Source: a virus
Lineage: Duplodnaviria; Caudoviricetes
Reading direction: 5' to 3' (one strand)
IMG/VR virus record: IMGVR_UViG_3300027956_000008
Span: 1 to 62,186 of that record
Length of the DNA: 62,186 nucleotides
Position 1 is the stretch's first letter, and the number at the start of each line of letters is the position of its first letter. Below are positions 25,448 through 36,700 of this stretch, in pieces. The position numbers were made by a program, and so were the translations under genes. Under the pieces are notes generated by a model. That model ran no database searches, was not told where the DNA came from, and saw only the letters and a program-made list of their open reading frames with translations.

Positions 25448-26317
25448 ATGAGTGTAGCAATAACAAAGCAAACAATAACAGGTAGTGAACTGCCTACGGG
25501 CGGTTTAATATCATATGTAAAAGATAGATCAACAGGTGCATATACCATATTAACATCTACCTCTGGTGGGGGTATTTCCATTCAGGGAGTCATACCTTTT
25601 CCCCCTACAGAGTTTACATCTGCACCTGTGTCTGTTGGTACGGCTAAGTATAATAATGGATCAGGACTTATTACATCTTTTACGTCTATTTCTAAAGTTG
25701 AATTTCTTAAAGATCAATTTGGTCATTATTCAGGGTTAATTGTTGGAACAGCAAGCGGCTTAACAGGAACTGCTGTCTTTAGCAATATTGTTACTTATAA
25801 TATTAATGAAAATTATTTTTATGATTCCTTTTATGTGAATTCACGAATTAGCCCTACCCTCTTAATCTGTGAAACTTATGGAACTACAGTTGACCGTCGT
25901 ATTTATGGATTAGGAAAGGATAGTGTAACAAGTCAACCTAATCTTTCTATTAAAAATGGAGTTTGGACTGCTAATGTTAATGTTGCATATGTAAAAACAT
26001 CTTCCAATTCTTGTTTAAATTATGGGTACTCTATTATAGGTGGTACTCTCTATGTTCTTCTGAATGATTCAACAGGTGCACTTGCAAAAATAGACAACAT
26101 TGATACATCTAATCAAGTAATATCTCCAACTTATAGCTATCTAACAATTCCTTCTGGTGGAGTTATAAAACAGTTATCAAAAGGATATTATCTCTGCACT
26201 AATGCTGCTGACGATCTGTTTCTTTACAGTATAAATAATGGTGGAGAATTTGTTTGTCAACTTGATCGTGATACCTACGATGAGGATACGGCGATAGAGT
26301 TTTTTGACGTAATCTAA
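25448..26317 (+). CDS. Structural hypothetical protein
   Basis: 289-aa ORF in the tail cluster. Confidence 0.65.
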   Translation: MSVAITKQTITGSELPTGGLISYVKDRSTGAYTILTSTSGGGISIQGVIPFPPTEFTSAPVSVGTAKYNNGSGLITSFTSISKVEFLKDQFGHYSGLIVGTASGLTGTAVFSNIVTYNINENYFYDSFYVNSRISPTLLICETYGTTVDRRIYGLGKDSVTSQPNLSIKNGVWTANVNVAYVKTSSNSCLNYGYSIIGGTLYVLLNDSTGALAKIDNIDTSNQVISPTYSYLTIPSGGVIKQLSKGYYLCTNAADDLFLYSINNGGEFVCQLDRDTYDEDTAIEFFDVI

Positions 26318-26328
26318 TAAGGATTCAT

Positions 26329-27585
26329 ATGTCTACACTTGTTCTTATAAATGAAACAGGAACATATGAAGCTCCTTCCATAACTCCTGTTACTGTTAGT
26401 TCTGTTGGGACACAATTACCTGCTGATATTCCAGATACATTCGTTATTGTTAATGGGACAGGAACATATACCTTCCCAAAAATTGTTTCAACAAATATAG
26501 TCGGTACTGTTTCTGCTGTATCTCAACCTGCATCTAGTCTTGAATCTTTTGGAACAACTGAAGTTACAGGGTTAGTCCCTTCTATTGGCAAACCAAACAG
26601 TATTGTTTCAAATGAAACAAATATTTTAGGTAGTATTGGTTCTGTAGCAACACCTTCTGCTTTTGTTGTTGCTTTAACAGGAATAGAGACAAAGTATATT
26701 GGTAAAATTAATGCTGTTTCAAGCGTAACTTCTACTGTTGTTGATAATGGTCATAGTATTCTTTTGGAAGTAATAGGAGATATTAAGGCTGTTGTAGGGT
26801 GTTATTCAGTTATAGAACGAATCAGTAATGGTGTTCTTTATGAAACGTCTATAGCAGCAGCAGGACAAACTCTTTCTATTTCAAGTAGTGGTTCATTATT
26901 TACAATCCCCTCTATAGTTTCAAAAGTTAATGTTTTAAATGTAAGTGGAACTTCGCAATTAGAAACAACTCCATATATTGGATGTGCTGTTACCGTTAAT
27001 AAGGTTTCACTGTCTCTTTTAAGCTACACTGCTAACAGCATTCAAGCTTCTCCTGTTGTTAATTCAATAGGAATGAGAGGTGGGGCTTATTCGTTAACGT
27101 ATATCGCTCTTAGTCAGCAGGCTTTCTTAGTTTCAACTAAGGCGACTGCTTCTTTAAGTTCTACACAAATTATCATTCCTGATGCAGATGATATATTTGA
27201 TTCTATTACAGGGAACAATTATATCGTTGTGAACTTAAGGACTAAATCCCATACAACTTACAGAGATGGAAGTAACATAGCAGCGGCACAAACTGGACTG
27301 CTTAACTTTGGAACTGTTAAAGACAAAAATATTAGTGATGCCTATCTATGGTCTAGGTCAAGTGAGAACATAGAATTTCACGTAAAGAATAATGAAATTA
27401 CAGAAAGAAAATATTTAGCTAATTTTGCTGAAGTAGGACAAGAGAACTTAAGCAATAAAAAGATTGTGTTGTCTAAAGGTCTTAAAGGTTCTAACTGGCA
27501 GTTTGCTATTGTCTCTAATGGAAATAATTATAGCGAGATAAGAACAATTGACTTGGTAGCTAATGAACTACAGAGAAGAGTTTAA
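26329..27585 (+). CDS. Structural protein (Ser/Thr/Val-rich)
   Basis: 418 aa; C-terminal TGLLNFG..KIVLSKGLKGSNWQF domain. Confidence 0.65.
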   Translation: MSTLVLINETGTYEAPSITPVTVSSVGTQLPADIPDTFVIVNGTGTYTFPKIVSTNIVGTVSAVSQPASSLESFGTTEVTGLVPSIGKPNSIVSNETNILGSIGSVATPSAFVVALTGIETKYIGKINAVSSVTSTVVDNGHSILLEVIGDIKAVVGCYSVIERISNGVLYETSIAAAGQTLSISSSGSLFTIPSIVSKVNVLNVSGTSQLETTPYIGCAVTVNKVSLSLLSYTANSIQASPVVNSIGMRGGAYSLTYIALSQQAFLVSTKATASLSSTQIIIPDADDIFDSITGNNYIVVNLRTKSHTTYRDGSNIAAAQTGLLNFGTVKDKNISDAYLWSRSSENIEFHVKNNEITERKYLANFAEVGQENLSNKKIVLSKGLKGSNWQFAIVSNGNNYSEIRTIDLVANELQRRV

Positions 27586-27588
27586 TCA

Positions 27589-28596
27589 ATGGCAACGAAT
27601 CAAGAATTATATAATGAATTAGCAGATGAAATGCGTTCTGTTAAATCAGAATACGAAACTAAACTTGATAACCTTCAAGATGTAGCGCAAGAAATAACTG
27701 CAATTTCTCCTAATGCTAACCTAATTCTTAACGAAATTCTTACTATTGAGTTTACTGGAATTGATACTTTACTTGATAAGGTTAAGTCTATTGAGTTTCT
27801 TCCCATTCAAGAACAACAAACTTTTGACGACACACTAACAAGAACAAAACAAAGAGTATGGCAAACAGAAGGAATAGACCAAACCTTAAATGAAATAGAG
27901 AATAAGATTATCTCTATTGTCTCGACTGCTGATGAAGGCATTCTTTATAGCTTAAACGCTATTATGATACCGGATGCTTTAAAGAGTATCTTGATACAAG
28001 CTCAAGATAAATCAGATCAAAGAGATTTAAATACTTTTATTTCTTTGGCTAATCTTTTTCCTTCAAACGATCAGACTGCTAATATTGATTGGTTGCAATC
28101 TAGGCATGACCTTAAGAGAAGTGATAGAGAACGTAACATCTTTGCTGAGTTGTTTAAATTAGCTCAAGGAAGTATGCAGTGGGCAAATAAAAACCAACTA
28201 CAGATACACGAAATGCACACAAACTATGTGAACCAATACAATAACCTCACTTTTAATTTAACCTCCGCAAACATAGCTATTTATAAGGCTGAATCAATGG
28301 CGAACATTGCTGAGTTTGAAGCTAGACTTCAAGAGATAAATGCAGAGTATCAATATGCTACGATTAACCTTGAAAGAGAATCGGCTGAATATGAATTGCA
28401 GATTAAACAGATTACTGCCCGTTTAGGGGAATACGCTAAACAGTATTCTTCTTATTTAGGGTCTAACTTTAAAAATCTTGATGCTCGTATCACTGGCAAC
28501 AAGAATGTAGCAGATGGGTTTAAATCTATATTCTCTGCTTACGGTGGTCAGGTTATGGGTATTTCTTCAGAGACAATAGGGGCAACCGAGGAATAA
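27589..28596 (+). CDS. Helical putative internal virion/ejection protein, paralogue A
   Basis: Coiled-coil-rich; shares motifs with 28601..29644. Confidence 0.6.
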   Translation: MATNQELYNELADEMRSVKSEYETKLDNLQDVAQEITAISPNANLILNEILTIEFTGIDTLLDKVKSIEFLPIQEQQTFDDTLTRTKQRVWQTEGIDQTLNEIENKIISIVSTADEGILYSLNAIMIPDALKSILIQAQDKSDQRDLNTFISLANLFPSNDQTANIDWLQSRHDLKRSDRERNIFAELFKLAQGSMQWANKNQLQIHEMHTNYVNQYNNLTFNLTSANIAIYKAESMANIAEFEARLQEINAEYQYATINLERESAEYELQIKQITARLGEYAKQYSSYLGSNFKNLDARITGNKNVADGFKSIFSAYGGQVMGISSETIGATEE

Positions 28597-28600
28597 ATTA

Positions 28601-29644
28601 ATGGCTGAAACTCTACCTACAGATGACATGGTTAATGTATCTTCTCTTTGGGATGCTCAAGCCAATGCTATAAGAGATGCTCAATCTGACTTTTTAAATG
28701 CCATAAATCAAGATGAAGCCTTTGTCTCTACTTATGGTTCTTTGTTTGCTTTGGACGATAGTGTTGCTGAGACTTTTGAAAATGCACTTACTTTCTCTAT
28801 TGCTAAAGTAGATGAAGTAACGACTGCTATAGATGGACTTAATTTTACTATCCCTGATCGTCCCCCTATTCTTGATGCGTTTCAAAATGAACGGTACAAG
28901 AATCATATTTATGACGATGGCAGCTTAAATAATTTCCAAAAGGTAATAAAGGATATTTATAATCAATTCTCTCTAGGAACTGGCTATTCATTCAATCAAG
29001 AGACAATAGAGAATGCTATTAACACAGCCCTTTATGATGAAGGGTTTGAACTTGATACAGATGATTTAACTCAAGAGGTTAATAACATAGCTGCTAAGTG
29101 GGCTTCTGATGGTTATCTAGCTCCTACAGGTGCTATGACCTATGACATAACTACAATGCTAGGGAAATATGATAGGCAAAGAACAGAAAAAACAAACAAT
29201 ATCTTTATTGAATTGTCTAAGACTATACAGCAGAATTTGCAGTGGGCTTTTGAAAATGGTATTAGTTTAGAAAAGTTACACATGGATTTTGCTATTAAAT
29301 ATGCTGAAGTTGCAAAGGTTATTATAAGTGCAGCAGTAGATTCTTATATCGCTGAGATTGAAAAGAGAACAAGTGAACTTAAAGCTTCTATCAGTTATAT
29401 AGGTGAATTTGTAAAAGTATCTAAATTGAGTCAAGATGCTGATATAAAAGCAAATGAATTTCTGCTTCAACAAAACTTAGCTCGTCTTGGAACTTTTATT
29501 TCTACTTCGACTGCTAATGTAGAAGCTCAAGCTAACTTAGTCTTAGAGAATATTAAACTAGCTTCTAATATAGCAGAAGGATATGGCTCTTTATTTGTTG
29601 CTCACGGCGGTAGATTCACAGGTATAAGACATGAGGAAAAGTAA
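28601..29644 (+). CDS. Helical putative internal virion/ejection protein, paralogue B
   Basis: WASDGYLAPTGAM and QQNLQWAFENGISLEKLH motifs. Confidence 0.6.
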   Translation: MAETLPTDDMVNVSSLWDAQANAIRDAQSDFLNAINQDEAFVSTYGSLFALDDSVAETFENALTFSIAKVDEVTTAIDGLNFTIPDRPPILDAFQNERYKNHIYDDGSLNNFQKVIKDIYNQFSLGTGYSFNQETIENAINTALYDEGFELDTDDLTQEVNNIAAKWASDGYLAPTGAMTYDITTMLGKYDRQRTEKTNNIFIELSKTIQQNLQWAFENGISLEKLHMDFAIKYAEVAKVIISAAVDSYIAEIEKRTSELKASISYIGEFVKVSKLSQDADIKANEFLLQQNLARLGTFISTSTANVEAQANLVLENIKLASNIAEGYGSLFVAHGGRFTGIRHEEK

Positions 29645-29674
29645 TACCTTTCTGAGATATGAGGAGAAATAGTA

Positions 29675-30697
29675 ATGACTAATACAGAAGATATAAATAA
29701 AAACGCACCGATTGGCGCAATGAAAATGCCTGCGTCTCTTTCTACTAAAGTTTCAACACCTTTAACTCCATTGCAAGCTATGAGCAAAATGAAGAGTCAG
29801 GTGTATTGGCCTAATAGAGATAAACAACATTTAGGTGGTGGTATTGCTGCTATGGGTGAACGTTTGCCTGATATACCGTTACCTGTTAAAGCTCCCGAAG
29901 TTCAAGAAGCTCCCGCTAAACAAGCTGTGGCAGCCTTAGAACCAATACCAGTTGTGAATAATGAGGTAGCTCCTCCGGTTATCAAAACACCTTCTCTTCC
30001 TCAATATACAACAAGTGGGTTTAAAGCCCCCACTATGGATCAAATTGAAATGCCTGAAGCCCCTAAGTATAAGCGTAGAAGCTTTGAAGAAAGACTAAAT
30101 GCTATTACAGGTGGGAAGAGAATTACAGATGGTGCAGGTGCTATAGCCGCCATGATGATTGATCCAAAAATAGCCAATGAAGATGCAGCACAAGAGAATT
30201 TTGAAAAGAGTATATACGGTAAACAGATGACTGCTCTTCCTCAGTTTGCTCAAGAGAACAGAGCTAGAACTTATGCCCCTGTTGAAGCAGAGCAAAAGAA
30301 AAGTGCTTTGGATGTTGACCGTTATCGTGCCGATCTAGTTAAATCTGGCTTAGGTATTCAACAAGGAGAACTTGACCTTAAACAGCAAGCGGCTCCTTAT
30401 AAATTAGCTATCGACAAGGCGGCTGCTCTTAATGCTCCTACGACTAAAGAAGAAGCAATGAAGCAAAATATGCTTGCCGATCTTTACAAGCAATCTGCTA
30501 ATAAAGACTTGAACGATGAACAGCTTGCTCAAATAAATGAACAGATTCGTATTTTATCTCAAGGTGGACTTCCTGAATATATTCAAGAAACTCCTGAAGT
30601 ACCTGCTGTAGACAGGTTTGGTTGGTGGAATGATAAAGACGCTTCCCCTCGTCAACGTGGACGTTATGTACCGGCTGCTCTTCCTAAACGTAAATAA
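29675..30697 (+). CDS. Putative internal virion protein (Pro/Ala/Gln-rich)
   Basis: Composition and position before the giant gene. Confidence 0.55.
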   Translation: MTNTEDINKNAPIGAMKMPASLSTKVSTPLTPLQAMSKMKSQVYWPNRDKQHLGGGIAAMGERLPDIPLPVKAPEVQEAPAKQAVAALEPIPVVNNEVAPPVIKTPSLPQYTTSGFKAPTMDQIEMPEAPKYKRRSFEERLNAITGGKRITDGAGAIAAMMIDPKIANEDAAQENFEKSIYGKQMTALPQFAQENRARTYAPVEAEQKKSALDVDRYRADLVKSGLGIQQGELDLKQQAAPYKLAIDKAAALNAPTTKEEAMKQNMLADLYKQSANKDLNDEQLAQINEQIRILSQGGLPEYIQETPEVPAVDRFGWWNDKDASPRQRGRYVPAALPKRK

Positions 30698-30713
30698 AGT
30701 TTGGAGTTTTTAA

Positions 30714-33700
30714 ATGGCTTCTCCTTTAGATAATAATGGTTTTTATAATTATGCTTCTAAGAAGATCAATCCTAACAAGGTAAGTGCTATTCCAAATGCA
30801 GGATTTTGGGATAGGACTAAAGACTTAGGGGTTGATGTTGCTAGGGCTGGTATTGGTGCTGGTGAAGCTGTAGTAGGATTGGCTTCTTTAGCTACAGGGG
30901 GAGTAGCGGGTAAAGGATTTCAAGAGTTAGGTTACAATCCAGAAGAAACACATAGGTTGTTGTCAGAGTTTTATTCTGATGAACGCAAGCAAGAGCAAAG
31001 GGATGTATCTAAGGCTTTTGATGAAAGCTTTTTAGGTGGTCTAGGGACTGCTGTTAGTGAACCTGCTGTAGCTATCGGTAGCGTTGTTCAATCTCTTCCT
31101 TCTATGTTCTTAGGGAGAGGGCTAGCAACAAAGATGGTTCCTGCTCTTGGTATATCTCCTAACTTAGCAGCCGGTCTAGGTGAAGGTCTTTTGACTGCTG
31201 GTACTTCCTTTGAATCTACCCGTAAAGAAACAGGAGAAGATTACGGTACACTAGAGAACTATGGTTACTCATTGGGTGCTGGTGCTTTAACGGCTGGCAT
31301 AGGTATGGGTAGTAGTAAACTAGGTCGAATGGCTGGTGTAGATGATATAGATATTGATTACACTGATCCGACTGCTATGCTCAAGCGTAAAATGATTACT
31401 GGTGCTACTCTCAAAGGTGCTGGCTTTGAAGCTGGTGAAGAACTTCTTCAGTCTGGACAAGAACAATCACTTCAGAATTTAGCTACTGGTAAGCCTTGGG
31501 ATAAAGGTGTTAGCGAAGCTATGGGTATGGGTGCTATCTCTGGTGGCTTAATGGGTGGCCCTATGGCTGGCTATAAAGCTATCGTAGATAATGAAAAAGT
31601 TAAGATAGAAGATATGTTCCATGAGACTAAAGCAGCGTTAGGTAGTGAGTTAGGGAATACTCTCACTGAGCAAGCTGAAGTTTTAGGAAGTGATATTGTT
31701 GGTGGCAAACAGCCGGTGTCTCTTATTCAAGGTGCTCCGACTATTGAAGAACAAAAGATACTTGTAGATGTGTCAAATAAGGTTAATCAGACTGCCCAAG
31801 CTGTAGATTCTATCACTCAAGACAAAGGACTGATGCAGGATTCTTTAGATAAAAAACTCAATGAAGCATCTACTATACCTTCCAGTGTTTTGTCCTTTGC
31901 AACTAAGATAAAAGCTGATCCGAGTGAACTGAATAGCCTCATTGTTCAAGTCTATTCACAGTCAAAGAATGCTAGTGACTTTAGAGAGAAGTTGAACGCT
32001 ACTCTAGGTACTAACACTCAAGGGCTTGCCGCTAAACTCTGGCCTAAGCTCAAAGAGGAAAGAGGTTCTTTTTCTAGGGTTACTGTTAGTAAGCTACCTG
32101 TAGAGCAACAGCTAGAAGTAAAGAAGTTGGATGATGAGATAGATGTTCTTAAAGAGCAGTTAAAGAATAAAACCTTAATAGCTAATCGTCCTGACCTGCT
32201 CATATCTAATCCTGTAAAGATGCAAGAGAAGCAAGATAGAATTAATGTTATCACTAAAGACAATGATGAAGTTCAAAAGTTCTATACACCAGAAGAACAA
32301 AAGACCGCTGTAAAGATCGTTGCTAATCCTTGGGAATCTCAATCTAAAGGAGAAGGTGTTAGTGTCTACCGTAAGTGGGGTAGCAAACAACATTTTGGCA
32401 ATCCATTTTCTAGTGAGAAGATAGCAGGAACAGTCCCGACTGCTAATACTGCTGAATCAGTTAAGATGTTTAAGGAATGGTTAGCAGGTAAGCATTCAGA
32501 CATAGAACCAGAAAGACAAGCTTGGGTTATAGATCAAATCAATAAAGGTGTTCTTGATGGTAAGACACTTCTTTATGGAAATACCAAAGCAACAAAGAAT
32601 AAAGAAGAATCACATGCTGATGCTTTAGCTGAATTTGTAAATAACAGATTGCAAAAGGAAGAAGTTTTTGAACTAGATGAACCTGAAGAAGTAGTACGTG
32701 ACGATGCTTATTATGATGAAATGGCAAAACACTATGAAGAATTAGAAGCTGCTGAAGAATATAGAAAAACCTTAACGCCTATCAAGAAATTCTCTGAACT
32801 TAAAGCAGAAGAAGTTAAAGCTCTTGATAACTCAAAGATGAAGAAGGTCTTTTATCATGGTGGTACTCTTGATAGAACTGGCCCTTCCGGTGGTGCTGGT
32901 CTACCTCCTAATGGTAGTGCTGGTATCTATTTGACCCTCAATAAAAAAGAAGCTGCTGAGTATGGCCCTGTTAAAGCGTATCGTGTCATTGTTAATAAAC
33001 CGGCAAAAGGCAAGGAACGTCACGCTATTGATGGTTTTAAAAGCACAGAAGTTTCACCGGCTGCTATAGCTGAAGCCAAAGCTAAGGGATTTGATGCCTT
33101 TGATAATAGTGAGGGTACTGACTCTGCTTATCTTATTCTCTTCGATAGATCACAATTAGTAGAAGATGATAGTGACACAACCAATATTTATCTTGCAAAA
33201 GAAGGTACTGGAAAACAAGTTAATACTAAGTATCATGTCATAGAAGATATAGCTTCAACCATAGGTCTGGATGCACGTAAAATGTACTCAGACACCGAAA
33301 GAATGTATTCCCAATCAGAGAACTTTGCTGACTTCACTAAGAAGTTCCGTAGTGCTTACAAAGTTGGAGGTACAAGCTCTATTCCTTTGCGTGTTTTTAA
33401 ATCTTTTGAGCTAGAGACTAGAGGTAAAGCTAAGCCGCTTAGTACGGTAGGAACTTATCAGCCTAAGCTTTCTTCTAGTGATTCAAAGAACCTAACAGTT
33501 AGTAACTTTGCTTATGCCGCTAAAGAACTCAAGCAAGAGTTAGAAGATTTCTTTGTTGCTACCAAGAAGATGTTTAAAGCTTCACCTAATTACAAAACAT
33601 TCCAAGATAAGTTCGTTCAACAGTTTGGAGAGAAAGCCAAGAAGTTTGTTAATGCTTCTTTCAAGATTCATAAGCAAGAAAAAGATTATCGTCAATTGAG

Positions 33701-36700
33701 AACAGGGAAGATAGAAGGTGGGAAGATTATTTCTCCTTTAGGGCAAGAAATTACTTCTACCAAAGGTGTTACTTTTGAATATGATTATCTACCTACCTTT
33801 GAATCTCCTACCGTTATCCGTAACATTACAAAGAAACCCCTTGAGCCTAACGTAAAGCATTTTGCTACCAAGGGTGAATATCTTAAAGCTCTTAACGCTT
33901 ACAACAAAGATCTTCAAGGTGATTGGTTTGATCGAGCTGGTAAGAAGATTGACATTACTCAATATGAAGCAGGTGAAGAACTTTATCGTAAGCCATTTAA
34001 CAAGGTTTGGGATGGTCAGAATATTACCGTTACCGTTAAACCTGAGAATGGTATTGCCTTTAAACTTGAAGTGACTGCTAAAGAGATGAACGACTTTTGG
34101 GCTAAACAACCCAAGAGAACAGTAGAAGATAAAGACAAGACCTTTGAAAGCTTCATGGATAAAAACTACGATAAGTGGTTGATGGATACCCAAAAGATAG
34201 AAGCAATGGAGGCACAAAGTCTTAAGCAGCGCAAAGAAGATATAGAGCGTGAAGATGATTTTGAAATGGAACAAGTTGAGTCTTTAGATGAATTCTCTCA
34301 GGCTGATGAAATTAACAGACAGCTAGTTGAAGAACGTGAAGATACAGACGATGACTACATGGAAGGTGGTCGTTCGTTTAGTCGGACTGCTACTAAGGGA
34401 GCTGATGCCCTAGAAGGCATAGGCATGAGCACCAAAAAAGCAGTTTGGGCTAAGACTGTATCTAAGCTTTGGGATTATGAGACAGAAAAGATACAAAAAG
34501 AATTTGAAGCTTCAAAGAAACGTAAGGCGATTGATTGGGATGCTAAATTCCAAGAGTTTGTTGAGAAGTTTCAAGCTAAGAACGAAAAGACCTTTGATCG
34601 TATATACAAAGAACTCTTAGCCAACAAAGCCCTTACCAAGAACAATGAACAAGTAGCTGAGTTTATGGCTAACTCCTTTGCGGAACTCGGTAAAGACTTT
34701 GACTTGAATGATGTGGTTGATTACGTCCTTGAGTATAACAATGTCGAAGGTAAGTCTTTGGCTGCTTTAGCTGAAGACCCGATAGATGCTATTGATGCTT
34801 TTAAAGAAGGATTAGCTCTAGCTCAAGAAGTAACGACTGCTAGAAAAGAAATGAGAGAACAAAGGGGGAAAGAAAAGTTAACTAAGAAACAAACTGATAT
34901 GGAGCCTAAGACTTTGGTTCGTAAGAAGTCAGGTGAAGTTAAAGTTATCACTAAAGAGAATATTAATAAAGAAGTTGAATCTACCGTTTTCTTAAGTGAA
35001 GAGGATATTCCTTTCTTTGAACAACTAGGCATACAGCCTATTGAAGATGCTCCCGCTAATGATAGTCCTTTTGAAGGTCGTGCTGTAAGACGTACTGAAG
35101 GTATCCCTCGTAAGACTATCCCTAAGACCGTAGAAGAGTTTAACAGCCTTACTCCTAAAGAGCGTGAAGCTATTAGGATTGAACACCAATACAATATCTT
35201 TAAGACTATTCAGCAACCTCAATACCGGATTGCTAGGGATAATGCTGCTCCTGTTTTGACTGCTATTGAAGAATTAAAGACAGGGGAAAAGGGTTTACTG
35301 ACCTTAGGCGAAGTAGATTCTTATTTAATGAAGCAGAATGGTACTGAAGACTTTAAGGCTATAACCGATAAGCAGTCTCGTATCAATATGATTGCTTTTA
35401 TTCTTCGCTCTGCTACGACTATGCAGTTTGTGAATAAATCTAATTATAGCCCGTTCAATCCTAACGTGAATTTCTATAAAGACGTTAGTTATGTTGCTGA
35501 GAACACGCAACTCATTAAAGAGTTTAGTGGAGGCTTTAACCCTGCTGATACTATTAACCTTAAAGAGTGGCAACAAGCACAGAATCAACCGATCTTTAGC
35601 TTAGCTCTGAATCAAAATTCATTTCTTCACTTAGCTTCGTCATTGACCGATGATCTTGTATCGTTAGGATTACTTGAAGACTTTATCGAAGCAAGAGGAA
35701 TATCTAAAGAAGATTATCTCGTTAACTTTACTGATCGTTTCAATAATCGTAAAACTGAGAATGATCTAAAAACTCTCAATGATGATCTTTATGTAATGCG
35801 ACTGCTCATAGCTAAGAAGAACCTAGAAATAAACACTGTCACTAACGAGAATTACTTTACGGCTTACCAACAGCAAATTGCGAGGGTTTTAGAACAAACT
35901 CCTCAAAGTGAGGTCAAAGTACCAACTGAAGCTGAACTCTATAATATCTACCTAAAAACAGGGGGCAAAAAAGACTCAGTGGCTATCTACGTGAACAATT
36001 TGGTAGAGGATATTATCTTAGACCAAGCTGCTCAGTTAAAAGCTAAACTTAAAGAGACTCCCAATAAGAATGACCTTCAATCTTTGGTCAAGCTCAATCT
36101 TGGTTTGGAAGAACAACAGATATTAGATGACGTTTGGGGTGGAAAAGAAATACCATCATATGTTTCTTTTACCTCTAGGCAAAGAATTAAGGCTGCCCAA
36201 AGTCTTTATGGTGAACTCCTTAGAGCTTCAAAGGTTAGCAATTTTACAACCGATAAGATTAGTGAGATTCAAATATCTTCGCTTACTGCTTCATTGGTTG
36301 AGCCTAGTCTTGAGAGTTACTTTGAAGAACAACCAACTGTTAATGAGTTTGAAAAGCAACTTAGAGAACAACATCCTAACCTTAAAATAGGTAGAACCCC
36401 TAGCTTTATCAAAAAGCTCTATACCAAGATTGCTAAGATATTCGATGCCGACTTGATCTTTGTTGCTGATGATGAATATAAGTCTAGGTTTATAGGTAAC
36501 TCTTCTGTAGACGGAAGAAACAAGATCATCATTAACTTCAAAGAAAAAGGTGGTCTTCATCGTATCTTTGCCCACGAACTCTTTCACGCTTTAGTCTTTA
36601 AAGCTTCTCCTAAAGCTTATGCTGAATTTAAAAGGGCAGTCATTGAAGTGGCAGGCCAAGATAAGTGGTATGACTCTGTGAAGTCTATGACTCAAGACCT

